Below, one piece after another: positions 27,386-41,077 of a stretch of DNA of 64,000 nucleotides. How positions within the stretch are numbered: position 1 is the stretch's first letter; every line of letters starts with the position of its first letter. Both the position numbers and the translations under genes were made by a program. A model generated the notes under the pieces. It did not search any database and had not been told where the DNA came from. It worked only from the letters and a program-made list of their open reading frames with translations. Source of the stretch: Camelus dromedarius (Eukaryota); NCBI RefSeq assembly GCF_036321535.1, contig NC_087436.1, positions 26,352,001 through 26,416,000 of the forward strand, written 5' to 3'.

Positions 27386-27889
27386 ACATAGCAGGCACAT
27401 GCATACACACTTGCTGTGTGTATGTGTTTGAAAGCACTTCTAGGATCTTTCTACATTTCACCTCATAGAATCATAGTATTACTAACTTAGAGTCGTATGT
27501 AAGCCCACATATTGTCTCTTTCTCTATAATTCCCAAAGGTTATCAGATAAAAATATTGAGATTTTCACTTTTAAATATTGGATATGGATGGGGTATATTC
27601 TAAATTACACTGGCATTTCTTACATGAGATTGTAATGTACATACATGTCAGACACTACAAAGTATTTTATGTGAATTACACTCATCTTTAGGAGATCTAT
27701 GATTTTACAGCAATGGATTTTCTTATTTACTTCAGTTCTTCTGCTCAACACTTTAAATCTCAGTTATATAATCTCCAATAAGCTATTTTATAGTTTAACA
27801 TAGAATTTAAAACTTGATATAATATAAATTATTTTACTAATGTAGACCTTAATAATTATTTGTTTTAATCATGTTCATGTAGGGATCTG

Positions 27890-28975
27890 TATGTAATGAA
27901 AACAGAATTCCAATTCTGTGGTAAAGGGATGAACTAGAAATTTAAAAATGATGTTGAAAAAAAAGCAATTATTTGTTGAAAAAAGAAAAACTAAAAAGAA
28001 AAAAAAATCTACCTGGAACATAAATTTGATCAAAGTGAATTAAAAATAAATATTTATGCATATATATTCTCATATATATGCACACATACATGCAAATACA
28101 TATTCATATATATAACAAAATTGAAAATGTTTTATTAAGTGGAAAGTCGCTTCTAAATCAAATAGTAACCTTAAAGAAAAAGAATGATGATTTGATCCTA
28201 TAAAATTAAAACTGTTTATGAAATTGAGCAGGACCCTGATGGGCCTGTCCCAGGTACAAGCCACGCTATGTCCCTTTCTTGTCTGGCCTTCCCTGAGTTC
28301 CAAAGAGCAGACTTAAACAGTTAATAATTAGAACAATAGAGTCATAGGATTCCTAGTTCCTCCTGAAGGTGTATAGATAACAATCTGACATATATCTTTG
28401 AGTTGTTCTGCAGAAACTAAGACCCCTCTCAGTGGAGGATGGTGATTATATGCTGACCACAACTTCGTAGACCCCAGACTGGTTTCAACCAGTTGGTGGA
28501 TGATTAAGATTCCCGAAACATCACCCTATTGTCTCACCACCAACCAATCAGAAAAATGTCCATGCACTCTGTGACCCTCACCTCTGATATTGCCTTTAAA
28601 AGGCCCTTGCCTGAAAGTCATTAGAGAGTTCAGGTCTTTTGAGCACTAGCTTCTCATTCTCCTTGCTTAGCACCCTGCAATAAATAATATACTTTCTTTC
28701 AACATGACTGGGAGTCAGTGGATTGCTTTGCTCTGAGTCAGCTTTTTTGGTAACGTTTATAATAACAAGACCGTGAAACCAAACTCAACTGAGAGCCTAG
28801 GCAAAAAACATCTGCAATATATGCAACAAAAAAGGAAAATTATAAAGAAGCCTTACTTAAAAAAGAAAAAAATTAACGAAAATTATGAAGACATTTCACA
28901 AAGAATAAATGTAAATGACCAAGAAATGATAGGAAAGTTTCTTAACATAGAGCTCCAATTATGAATCTTTTTCAA
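27890..28975 (+). mobile_element. Old L1 ORF2/3' fragments interrupted by the LTR at 28219
   Basis: 'gatttgatcctataaaattaaaactgttta' resumes after the LTR; 'gaagacatttcacaaagaat'. Confidence 0.5.
28219..28755 (+). mobile_element. ERV1 solo LTR
   Basis: Starts with TG; CCAAT and 'tttaaaa' TATA-like motifs; AATAAA near 28679; 4-bp TSD ttta on both sides; homologous to 59133-59760. Confidence 0.88.
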
Positions 28976-29024
28976 AAAGTGGCCTTTTTTTCTAATAAAA
29001 CATATCATTTGACAGTTTATTTAG

Positions 29025-31090
29025 TTTTCTTTAGATTTTATTTTATAAGAGCAATTTTAAGTTAAGGAATATTTAGCATAAAGTACAAGAGATTTTCCAT
29101 ATACTGTATCACCTGCCTCCATGCACAACTTCTGTTATTATGAACAGCCCCCAACAAAGGGCACCTTTGTTACAATTGATGAACCCACAATGACACATCA
29201 TAACCACCCAAAGTAAGTAGCTTACCTTTGCACATTACTTAGTAAACACATAGCTTACTCTATGAGTTGGACAAATGTATAATGACATGTATTCATCATT
29301 ATAATATCATACAGACTATTTTCACTGCTGTAAAAATCTTCAGTGCTCAGCCTACTCATCCCTCTCTCCCCCTCCCCGAGCCTCTAGCAACAACTGATCT
29401 TTTCATTCTCTCCATAGTTTTGCCTTTTCCAGAGCGTCATATACTTGGAATCATACAGTATGTAACCTTTCCAGACTGACTTCTTTCATTTAGTAATATG
29501 CATTTAAGATTTTCCGTATCTTTTCATCGCTTGATAGCTCATTTCTTTTTAGTACTAAATAATATTCCATTGTCTGGATGTACCATAGTTTATCTTTTCA
29601 CCTACTGAAGGACATCTTGATTACTTTCAATTTTTGGCAATTATGAACAAACTGCTATAATCATTCCTGTGAGTGTTCTTATGTAGACATAAGTTTTCAA
29701 ATCCTTTGGGTAAACACCAAGGAGCACAATTTCTAGATCTTACAGTGAGAGTATGCTTACCCTTATAAGAAACTAACAAACTGTCCTCCAAAGTGGCTAT
29801 ACCATTTTGCATTCCCACCAGCAATGAATAAGATTTCTTGTTGCTCTACAGTTTGATCAGCTTTTGGTGTTGTCGGTCTTTCAAATTTTGGTCATTCTAA
29901 TAGGTATGTAGTGGTATTTCACTGTTGTTTTAACTTGCATTGCCCTGATGACATATGGTGTGAAACATCTTTTCATATGCTGATGTATCATCTATTTATC
30001 TTCTTTGGTGAGGTATCTGCTATGATCTTTGGCTGACTTTTTAAATCTGGTTGTTTGTTTTCTTACTATTGAATTTTAGAAGTTCTTTGTGTATTTTGGA
30101 TAACTGTCCTTTATCAGATATGTCTTTGGCAAGTATTTTCTTGCCGTATGTGGCTTGTCTTATCATTCTCTTGACATTGTCTTTCACAGAGCAGAAGTTT
30201 TGAATTTTAATAAAGTCTACTTTACCAATTACTTTTTCATGGAACATAATTCTTTATAGTTGTATCTAAAAAGCCATTGCTATAACCCAGGTCATCTAGG
30301 TTTTTGCCTACATTATCTTCTAGGAGTTTTACAGCTTTGTGTCTCATATTTAGGTCTATAATCCATTTTTTAGTTAATTTTTGTGAAGGTTATTAGATTT
30401 GTGTCCAGATTCCTCTTTTAGCTTTTGGATATTCCAGTACCATTTGTTGAAAAGACTATCTTTGCTCCTTTGTCAAAGATCAGTTCACCATATCTATGTG
30501 GGTGTATTTTTGGGCTCTCTATTCTGTTCCATTGATCTATTTATTCTTTTTCTAACACCACACTTTATTACTATAGCTTTATAGTAAGTCTTTTATTTGG
30601 GTAGTGTCAGTCTACCAACTTTGTTCTTCTTCAGTATTGTGTTGACTATTCTGAATCTTTTGCCACTCCAAATAAACTTTAGAACCACTTTGTCAATATA
30701 TGCAAAATAACTTGCTGGAATTTTTGTTTTAGATTCCATTGAATCTGTAGATCAAAGTGGGAAGAACTGACATCATGATATGCTGTATCTTCCTATCCAT
30801 AAACAGGAATATCTCTCCATTTATTTTGTCTTTGTTTTTTAATTTTGTTCATCAGTGTTTTGTAGTTTTACACATATAAAGCTTGTACATATTTTGTCAG
30901 AAAAATACTTAGGTAATTGACATTTTGATATACTTATATAAATGGCATCATGTTTAATTTCAAATTTCATTTGTTTATTGCTAGAATACAGAAAGTGATG
31001 GACTTTGTATATTAACCTTCTATTCTACAACTTCATTATAGTTGCTTATTAGTTCCAGGAGGTTTTGTTGCTGCTGTTGTTACTCTTTTT
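29025..31090 (-). mobile_element. L1 (L1MC-like) 3' 2 kb: end of ORF2 plus 3'UTR
   Basis: Reverse L1 motifs 'ccaaagtggctataccattttgcattcccaccagcaatgaataag', 'ccagtaccatttgttgaaaagact', 'gaagaactgacatc'; listed ORF 30041-30247 is L1 ORF2-like (KVDFIKIQNFCS). Confidence 0.92.
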
Positions 31091-31434
31091 GTCATTCCAG
31101 GAGTTTTTCATCATTATTTTGCCACTTCCCCCAGAATTTATAAGTCTCAGAATTGCCCACATTGAGCCTTTAGCGATTTTTCAATTACAGTTTTGATTTT
31201 CCTACCCTGGCATTAGTTTCTATGGTGATTTCTACTCATGAGTCTCTGCTCTGGTGAGCCATGATTCCCTGTATTTGTCTATTTGTCTCTCCAGTCTTGG
31301 GTGCTGAGTACTTACTTCACTTATGGATCCTAGAATAGTTGTTGATTATTTAGTCTGTTCAGCCTTCCACTTGTTTTTTAGGATGGAATGGCAATTTCCA
31401 AGCTGCTTACATGTGGAACAGGAAACCAGAAGTC
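31091..31434 (-). mobile_element. L1 extreme 5' end (L1M 5'UTR)
   Basis: Minus strand starts 'gacttctggtttcctgttccacatgtaagcagcttggaaattgccattccatcctaaaaaacaagtggaaggctgaacagactaa', like old L1MC 5' termini as I recall them. Confidence 0.65.
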
Positions 31435-32554
31435 CAAATGTTATTTTTAATTATGGAATATGACCTTTTGTATAGTCCCATTTATACTATATATATATAT
31501 ATATATGCAGGTGTACATGCATGTATATGTGCACATAAATACAAAGAAACCAGTTTGAACAGAATCATATCACAGTTAAAATAATTATTACGTCTGGAAA
31601 GGTCAAAAACAGAGGGATGGCCTACTGGCCATGCCAGCTAGACAGGGCTAGAGAGTAAAAGTATTTTAACATTTTACTGTTAAATATATTTAACTGTTTA
31701 GATATATCACAGTGAAGTATGTTTGTGCTTTTTAAAAATTTTCAGTTTGAATACAACTTCTAATTAAGATGTCTATTTCATGATAGCCTTAATAGACCAA
31801 TTTGAAATAGAGCTTAAAGAATGTGATAACAATTTTCTTTCTTCTGAAGACAGCAAAATAAATTCTAGACAAACACAGATATAGATACAGATACACATTT
31901 GGTATTGATCCAAGAATAAGATTTCTACATAAAGTCTCTCAACTAAAATTCAGTTCTCTGTTTCATGATTATTGATTATCAGCAAGATATAATATTCCTA
32001 ACCTCAAGAAGACTGCTGTTTTATGATTGATAGGTGTTTTTGTGCTTAAATGTTACGCAGCACAAATTGCAGTACATGGCACAAATCTTGATAATATAAG
32101 ACTTGGATGTGCCTCCTGGTTTACATTGGCCTTCAACTCCAGTTGTATTATTTTAATACCTTTGAGGCAAGACCCTCCCACCCCCATTACTCATGTACAC
32201 TCAACAATGTGTCTTATTCTGTGGACTAGGAAATTGAAGTTTACAATTCAGAACTTTGTAATTTGCTGAAACTATAGAACGATTACTATACAATTAGAAT
32301 TATCACTGGTATGCTGGACTCTCAGTCCAGTACTTCTACTAACACAAACACGACAGTTCTAAAGTGCCAGAGAGGGCCTCATAGGCTGTTTCTAAACATT
32401 CAGTACTAGTGAAGCATCAGTTTAGTTTCACTTCTAAAAATAAGAATTCACTTAAAAGAAAAAAGAAAAAGGAATCTACAGTTGAGGTACCTGTTAGCTA
32501 CACTGTCAATCCTTTTGCAAATCTTCCATGATAACATCAAAATGAAAGAAGATA

Positions 32555-32805
32555 ATACTTATTATACCATTTACTACATACACAGTTCTTAGTGCCTGGA
32601 ATTTCTTAAGTGATTTAATTATCACAAAAACCTGTAAAGTAGGCAACCTTCTTTTCATTTTCCTTTTACACATGAGGAGGTTGAAACAATGAGACCTCAA
32701 ATGGCTTGCCTAAGGTGACAGTGGAAGTAATGAGTAAGTCGAGATACAAACCTAAGCCCTGTGGTTTGAGTGACCTTGTTCTTAACCCTTATTCACTCTG
32801 CCTCT
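32555..32805 (-). mobile_element. MIR SINE
   Basis: 'ttttacacatgaggaggttgaa...atggcttgcctaaggtgaca'. Confidence 0.7.
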
Positions 32806-32949
32806 TGGATGGTAGAAATCTCTCTCAACTCCCTATGTTAATAAGCTCTGTTTTATGGCATCGCAACATGAAAGTAATTGTTTAACACAGTGCTAGTCAC
32901 ATAGTAGGAACTCAATTTTAAAAACTCATCATATTCTTTTGAATGTCCT

Positions 32950-33120
32950 CTTGTTTGTAGTCTTATCTTCCCTACTAGATAGCAGACCCCATAAAGGTAG
33001 GATCACATCCCTTATTTTCCTCTGGGTCTCCTACTAGGTCCAGAATTGTGGTTTACCTGAAGTAGTTGTTGTTTAAGCATTTGTTAAATGATGATCATCG
33101 AGTAAATTAATGAATAAAAG
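32950..33120 (+). mobile_element. L2 3' end
   Basis: 'tcttatcttccctactagatagcagaccccataaaggtaggatcac...catttgttaaatga'. Confidence 0.6.
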
Positions 33121-33271
33121 ATGAAGTAAATTTCCATATGATTGAATAAGTAAATGAAAGAAAGGGTTTTTGGAGAAAATATTCAGTTCAGTATTAGAAG
33201 ACAGTATCTTAAAATGTTACTAAAGATTTCCTTTGAGAAAACAGTGGCAGGAAAGCTTTTCATTCCAGCTC

Positions 33272-33302
<31 letters not shown>
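33272..33302 (+). repeat. (TG)n microsatellite
   Basis: Read directly. Confidence 0.97.
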
Positions 33303-33820
33303 TTCTTAATAGAGCTTGGGATGCTCGATCTGTGCTCAATGTGTTTGTGGCTGCTTCAGGATTATTATATTCAGGCAGGAGAGTTCAGTTAGACTAATTT
33401 TCCCCCTGAATTTAAATGTGGATGCCTCCTTTAGGTATTGTAAGTGAGGTTAATGAAACGTTAACTTCCAATCGTAGTTGGAACCATTTATATGCTAATT
33501 ATTAAGCAAAGACAACCTAAAAACAAATATGCAGCTGCACTCAAGGCACTTTTAAAAAACATTGTCCTTATGGTCACTGCTATTTCTTAACTCATCCAGA
33601 ATGGCTTCTTTTATCCAGTTATTCCCTATGTAGGTTTTCTCAACTTAGATTACATTGAAAAGAAGTTAGGTTGCTTTACATCCTCCTCTGACTTTATACC
33701 ATTCACTTCAAAATACCCTACATTTCGTACGGCACACGGAACAGAGAGAAATACCTGCTGCGTAATGGTCTAAGAATTTTCACATAAATAATATTAAATA
33801 AACAAGCACTTTGAGACATT

Positions 33821-33871
33821 CTGATAATCACAGTCATGTTATGATCATGTTATGATCATGACTGTGATCAG
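33821..33871. repeat. Quasi-palindrome enclosing an 11-bp tandem duplication
   Basis: Inverted repeat atcacagtcatg (33827-33838) / catgactgtgat (33857-33868); tcatgttatga x2 (33834-33855). Confidence 0.9.
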
Positions 33872-35110
33872 TTTACTTTTTAGCAGGTGTTTTTACTTTA
33901 ACTTTTTTAGGTGTCCATGAGAGGCATAATACCAAATATACTGAAAATTCCTCTTGAAAGATGTATGCTATAGAATTATTGTTATTATTGGGTTTTACTT
34001 TTGAAATGATTTTTCTCTTTAAGGAGAGTTTAGTTTTATAGTGTCTGTGTTGAGAGCCACTGAAATGGAATCAGTGAACACAGTGCAGTCACAGGCAGGG
34101 ACAAAATTTCACTCTGGTTGAGAAAGACCTGTTTCATCTGGAGTTTTTGCTTAAAAATGTGTTTGTTTTTTTAACCTGCCCATGTGAACAAAAAACTGTT
34201 GATTGCAAGACACAGATGAACTTCTTTCTAAAATTTGCCTCTTTTCTTTAGTCAGAAAGCTTAGAAGTAAGATTTGTCATTTCTTGTCCACAGCAGTTGT
34301 AACAGATTTTTTTTTCTTAAAATGTTAGGGCCATTGATAACCAGGTAACACAAACTTCCTCCTATTTATTCATTCACCCAGGCAATCCTTTGTTAAGCAA
34401 TGACCATGTGACTGGCTCCAAAGCAGAGCTCTACTTTAACATAGCTAACAGCCTTGCCAATGGAGGGTAATAGGTAAATTCCTACAGGAAGTGACTCCTG
34501 TATTAAATTTCTCCTATCAAAATATATTTAATATAATTGATCTATTTTTGAATAACTAATGCATGCATAGAACACAATCTAGAAGGTACACATTGATGTA
34601 CCTTTCAAAAGTATATCTACCTCCCACTCCTATCTTTCAGCCTTCCTATATCTTCCCTAGATACACATTCAACTGCCAACATGATGGGTAGGCTGTAAGT
34701 AATAAGAATTTGATTATCGAAGGCCATTTCTGAAGTGGGGGCAAGGGGAGCAGGGACACAGAACCATGAAAAGTAAAGATTTGAAGAATCACAGAAAAAT
34801 ATTTCAAAAAATCTGAGGCGAGAAATTGGTTTATTGGGGAAGAGGAGAGAAAAACTGGTACAAGAGCAGGCTAGAGGCAAGGAGCTGTAGTCTCCTTTTG
34901 AAGTCAGAGCACTTTCTCTTTTACAACATTTTAAACATTCATCATCATACGTGTATTTAATATTACGTTGACTGACTAGAATAAGTTTTAACCTACATTT
35001 ATTGAATACCTAATAAGTACTAAGCATAGGTATAAAAATGTGAGCAATATATGGACTCTGCCTTTCAGGCAATTACTGTCGGTTGAGGTAAACAAATAAA
35101 ATTATGACAC

Positions 35111-35754
35111 TATCTGGGGATAAATAATGAAAAACAAAATCTCCTCCCAATTCAGGAAATCTCTTCACAAAGGCAGAAGAGAAAGAAAACAGTTTTATTA
35201 TTGAATAAGCATGACAGTACAATGTGATGCCCATCACAGGAAATCTGCTAAGAAACTGCAAAGACAGAAAGGAATCTCACTCTTTTATATAGCCAGGCAG
35301 ATACAGCCCATCACCTACATGTTCCCAAGATAAACAATATATAGTTCTCACTAAGAGGACTTGACAGCACCATTTTTCACACATAGTTTTTCCTAAATTC
35401 ACTTAGTAATTGGGATGGCCGTCTGTATTATCCAAAGTAAAAATAAGTTCTCATATATTTATGACATGTAATAGTTTTGCAAATTGAAGCAAGTCTCCTA
35501 CCCTCCCAGGACTACTATCTTCCTTGATGATTACATTTTAAAGACTCAGTTCCCAGGTCCATGAGTCAGACTTCCATGGGCCACAGAAGCTTATTTAGCA
35601 TTTAAAAGCAGTTATGTATATTTCAAAGACCGATAAAACTCAGTAAGTTTTCTAAAGTAAATGTTCGAAGAAAAGGAGAGAGTGGAAGTCTCTTCCCTTA
35701 TTTTCAACAGGGAGAATTTTTTTTTTTTCTTTTTCAGCTTGCATTTACCCATAC
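35111..35754 (-). mobile_element. ERV1-type solo LTR (same family as 41969-42682)
   Basis: Collinear homology with 41969-42682 ('ttattattgaataagcatgacag', 'taagaggacttgacagcaccatttttcac'); minus-strand AATAAA and TATA. Confidence 0.82.
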
Positions 35755-38700
35755 AATCTTCCCTTTATTACTAAGATATAGATACAGTGACACTACAGAT
35801 TTTTAACTCCCCTTGCTGTAGTCACCTTTCTCTGGGTAAGTTGTCACCCTCTAAATAACCAGCAACTCCATAGTAAAGTATAATGTGAAGCCATTGTCAG
35901 ATTCTGATCAAATAACAAAATCACTAAATTTTAAAAAATCCATACATTGTTTGCCTGGAGTAATAATCTTTGACTATATCATATAAATGGTAAATGGTTA
36001 CATCAAATTCTTAATTAGGAACACACAAAATTGTTCTTAGTCTTACATTAATTTTACAAATAGTTGTGATGTCTTTATTACTTGCATTTTCAAATGAATA
36101 ACTAGCTAAATATATCTGTTCCTTATAAAGTCTTATCCAATCTAAGCCTAAGTAATAGCTTAACCTGATAATCTAAATTTTTAATTAAGCATTTTCCTTG
36201 TAAGGCACAGTAAATTTCCCCGGAATTTCAGTCATAAGTACCATCACATTTGTACAACAATTTAGGCCCTTTAGTAATTGTTCTGTCTTCCCACGATTGT
36301 TCCTAGATATGAAACGCAAAGACGTTTGTGGCCATCATGTAGAATCAAGGTCTTCGTATGAGGCACACATTGAAAGGTAAAGATTGAAAGTCCAATATTC
36401 AACATATGTGGCTTTAATGGTTTTGAAGATAAAGACACCCTATGGACCACTTGTTTTTTTGCACAGGGTCTAAATTTATAGTCATATAATTATAACAGGC
36501 AACTAATATAAACTAATATAAAATCTACATGACTAGCAGGCATTCACCTTTGCTCACCTATCAATATTGGGATTAGAGATAGCTATTATCTCAAAGTTAA
36601 TCAAGTGACATTAGAATTGTCTTTTCAGAATCTATATATAAATGCCAAATTTCTTTTTGTCTATTATTAGGATTTTGTTGTTGTTGTTATTTCATTCTCC
36701 AATCAAACCAGTGAACAAAACATTTTTGTGTCATATTTAGAGCTTGAGTACCTGGATGCATATTAATTACCTTTACTTTTTTATTATCAAAAATGACTAA
36801 TGAAGATAATCCATTTTTACTCTATCAATAACCAGATAGCTTAACTTGTAAGTCCAGACCCTGTTATACTGGAAGTACAATTTAAAACTGATTGGAAAAG
36901 AGATTGTGGGAACCATTTCTGAGAGTACAGAAAGAAAAAAATAATTTAACGAGTGATGTGTTTGTTTTCTAATAAAATATGATTTTTAAAATAACTGAAA
37001 CAACTTTACTGTGAATGGGACAGCAGTGCACCAATAAGAACATTAATAAAACTTTGCTAGAATACCTCCATTCAGTTGAGGTATCAGTATACATAATTCT
37101 GGAAAACTAAAATTTCCTTTGTGGGAACCACAGTCTAGTTGTCTTGAGAAGCTAGATTCCCATGGGGAACATGACTCCATGAGGTTTTTTGTTTTTCATT
37201 TCAATAGCAACAGTTGAAAAGGTCTCTCCCAGTATGATGACAGCCTGTCTTGTCTTTCCTGTACAACATTTCTGTGTGGACAAAATCTGGTCAGTAGGGG
37301 TGGCTGACTTCTCCCGGGTCCTTCTAGATCCTTATGACTTTATGTCTCAGGGTTTCTAAGGAAAACAGAAGCCCTTATAAATGTTGAACATAATTATGAC
37401 AGAATTCAATCAAATCACATTAAAGACGTGGTCTCAGACCTAAATTTATGGGCTTGCCACACATAAATTTAAAGAAAAAGATTCTGTGTTTTCTGGTAGG
37501 AATTACTCTGATTTTCAACAAAGCTAGTGGTAAAGCTGAAGACCATCTTGACATAATAGGTTTCAGAATCTTAGTTACTGAATTTTTCAGAATTTGATTT
37601 ACTCATTCTGTTTTCCAGAGAACTAGGACTTTAGGAATCTGTAAATATTTGCATAATTACTGGATGATTTGATGAAAATCAAATTACTTTCTCTTCTCTG
37701 TCTGATTTAAAGCTCTGGTAACACAAAAGTAGAAATTATGTTCATCGTAAGAGTCTTTTCTACCACCTGAACATTGTATTTTTTTGAAGAAGGAAAGATT
37801 TTAGGCATCATATGTACCATAACTAGATAAAATTTCTTAACCTTATTATAAATTTTGATTTTATGAAATTCCACCTGTTTTTTGGTAAAGTTGGTCAGGG
37901 AGAACTTCCTGTGCTTATCTTGGGAGTAGCCTGTAAAGAATTCCACTGACAAATAACACATTTAAAAAAATGTTTTTAATAACTTTATCTCTTTGAAGGG
38001 GATAGTAAGAGTCTAATGTCTTTAAAATCCCTGTTTTATTCAGATGATTCTGTAGATGGCTGAACAACACTAACTAAGCAAATGGGAACTGTGGGACAGG
38101 AATTATTTTGTTAGGTAATTCTCATAATCCAGTCAAATTTCTTTTAGCAGCTTTAACAATCCATCTTTTTAGTTTAGTGTATTTTTTTTTAAATGAACAA
38201 ACATTTCTTATTCTATCAGAAGCAGAAATTCTAAGTTTGGAATTTGCCGTGTTTTAATAGTGGCTTTTGTAACTCTATCAGCACAGTGAATCACTGATAT
38301 CTGAGTAGACTCTTAACAAATCACCTATCACTTTTCCATGAGAGATTTATAGTAGTCATAGAAGTAAAAAACCCTCTAAAAAATTGCTTTGTTGTGTGAC
38401 AGATGCCAAACATGTATTTATTATTAGTAGATATAGTCTATATTCATTTAAAATTCAGAACCAAGAAATTCAGCTCTAATAACTGCTGTCAACTTGATCT
38501 GCTTGTGCAGACTTAATTCTGTAGCTGGATGAAGCCCCTCTGAAGGAGCTCCCTTCAGAGGACGGTCGGAAGGAATCATTCCCTTTAGTAAAGAGCGCTA
38601 ATGGAGCAGCCAACACAGCTGTCTTTAAACTTTTTTTCTTTATCTGGCTCTATATGGTGCTCACCTGCATAGCTGTTGCTAAAATTTGAGTAATAATCCT

Positions 38701-39852
38701 GCCTTACCTTCCTATCACCTTTTTCCTTAATGTGGACTTTGGCATTTGGCAAGAGAGCCAAAATAAACCAGGTTAGAGCCAAAGGGCAGTTTTGATTTGC
38801 CCTTGGATCCATGACAATAATTTCTGAGAAAGTCTCAGCAAACCACTGATTAGATCAGTCAGGAGGAGGCTCACCCCTCTTCCGGGTACACCACTGCAGC
38901 TCCTCCCAGCTGACCGTTAGCATAGGCTTCAGTACTACTCTCAGGAGCCCCAGCCCCTTTTAGGACTCTGATGCCCTTAGACTTTCATGGTTGTGGGGAG
39001 TGGCAGAGAGTTGGCTTCCTTGCCCACCATACACTTTAATGTGGTGATCTTGTGGACCCTGATGTGCTTATCTCATCTAAGGAGCAAAGTCTGCTGTTTG
39101 CGTAAGTCCATGCAGTACGGTGGGCACCCCCAGCTGTGGGGTTTTGAGCCAATAACATGCCACTGAGTGCTTCTGTAGCCTTCTAGAGTCACAGGGGAAA
39201 GAAGCCTTTAAATGAGTAACATCAGCTGGTGAGAAAGGCATGTCAATCACCCAGGAGTTCTGGGTCATTTCTCAGTCGTATCAGCTTTGCTCATAATCCA
39301 AATAGGAAGCGCTGATTTTCTTTTCTGTAAGAAAAATGTAAATTATATGGCACTTTGGTTTCCCTTTCTGTATTATTTATCAGTTTAACACCTTGTTTGT
39401 TTGCCTTTTTCCAAGTCACCTTCTATGGAGGCACAGCCTCTCATCCAAGTTCTCAGTTATTCCCAGTCAGGCTTCTTGATCATGTTTGCTTTCCTAGATA
39501 CATAGTGTGTGGAAGAGAATTTACTCATAGAGGTGAATCTGGGCTGAGACATGAAGTGGGCACAGGGCCAGGCCACAAGAATGGGTCCTCCTGGGTCCTC
39601 CAAGAGGGCAAGTAATGTGTTACTGGTTCTTTTTTATAGGGAAATTCACTAACTAAACAACATCCACCACATCCTCTCCCAGAGAGCCAATGTGAGCCAG
39701 GGAAAGATAAAGAAACACAGGAGCAGCAGAGGGGTCGGGAAAAAATAGGAGACTTCTGTGAAAGAAAAAGTGCCTTTTGTTGGGGCCCAGGGCAGGCCAC
39801 CCCAAAATATGTCTCAATGGCAATTGATTATTTTGAATTAAAGTTATTTAAG

Positions 39853-40286
39853 TATCAACTGAAGAAAAATGCACAACCTAAAATTTGCGGGTTAAGTTTT
39901 ATTCAAGGAGCTTACTGAGGACTATAGCCTGGGACACAGCCTCTCAGATAGCTCTGAGGAACTGCTCAGAAGAGGTAAGGGAGGATAGAGGTAAGAAGAA
40001 GTATGGGAGTTTTGCTGGAAAAAAAAATGTAGTTAAACATCAGAAGATTTCTGCTAATCACAAAAAACCAGACATATCAAGTTAATAATGATTTCAGTGT
40101 CTTTCTATGTATGGGAAGATGCAAGAGTCTGAACTCAGTGAAATTATTTCTTAGATATGTATCTTAACTGAGGCCAGTATCCAACAAATAGAATGCTTTC
40201 TGGTTTTATCCATCCTGAATTCTCCTCAGGGTGTACCATCAGGGGTGGCTACAGTGGCTGATGGCAGGCAACATTCTTTGCTCACA
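39853..40286 (-). mobile_element. Nested ERV1 solo LTR (related to 24229-24694)
   Basis: Interrupts the host; TSD taag/taaa. Confidence 0.82.
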
Positions 40287-40544
40287 TAAACAACTGCAGA
40301 TGCAAGAGGGACTTTGAGTTTCCCCTTTGTCTCCCTGAAAGCAGGAAATAAATCTCTCATGTGCAAGGTACACTGTCTGCATCTGGAAGTAGGAGGACAC
40401 ACTTTTCACCAAAGACAGGGAATTCAGCCAAAAAGCCTGTGTATATAAACACATTGCTATTTCTGTAATTTAATACACTAAGCCCAAACTTTGTTTATAT
40501 TCTTCACTAATTAAGCACCCAAAGCCTAAATTTCTTTGTCTTGT

Positions 40545-41077
40545 TGTCAGGAAGGAAGAATTTTTTTTCTACCATTCTAGGTTCTTCTGGTTGGTCTAAG
40601 AATTAAATTGACATAAGACAGATTAACAGGAGAAAAATTTTAAATTTAATAGCATATATACATGGGAGAGATCCAGGAAAACTGAGTAACTCACCCAAAG
40701 AGCTGAAGCCCTTACGAGGATGTTGGGAGTAGTGACTTGGGACCTCAAAGGGGAGGCAGGCAACTTACATGGAGATGGAAAAGCAAATGTTTGGTAAGCA
40801 AATGTTTGCTGGACCACGCAGAGACAGTGGGACACAGAGAAGGATTTTAACAAACAGATTTTGCTAGGTTCCTCCCCTGTCTACACACCTACTTCATACT
40901 ACAGTTATCTATGGTGATAGCTCCCTTCCTGGAACAGGTCTTCTATCTGCTTTCTTTTAGACAGTTAGCAGAGAGGACAAAATTTCTTCCTTAGGCTTTT
41001 GGGCCTTGACTGTTTTCAGCTAGAAATAATCCGCATGCCAAAGAGACATTTTGGGGTAGCAAATTTTGTTCCCCTAC
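40545..41077 (-). mobile_element. Nested MER34-like LTR (subfamily of 50477 and 60972)
   Basis: Reverse complement aligns to 50477-51027; TSD ttgt/ctgt. Confidence 0.85.
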
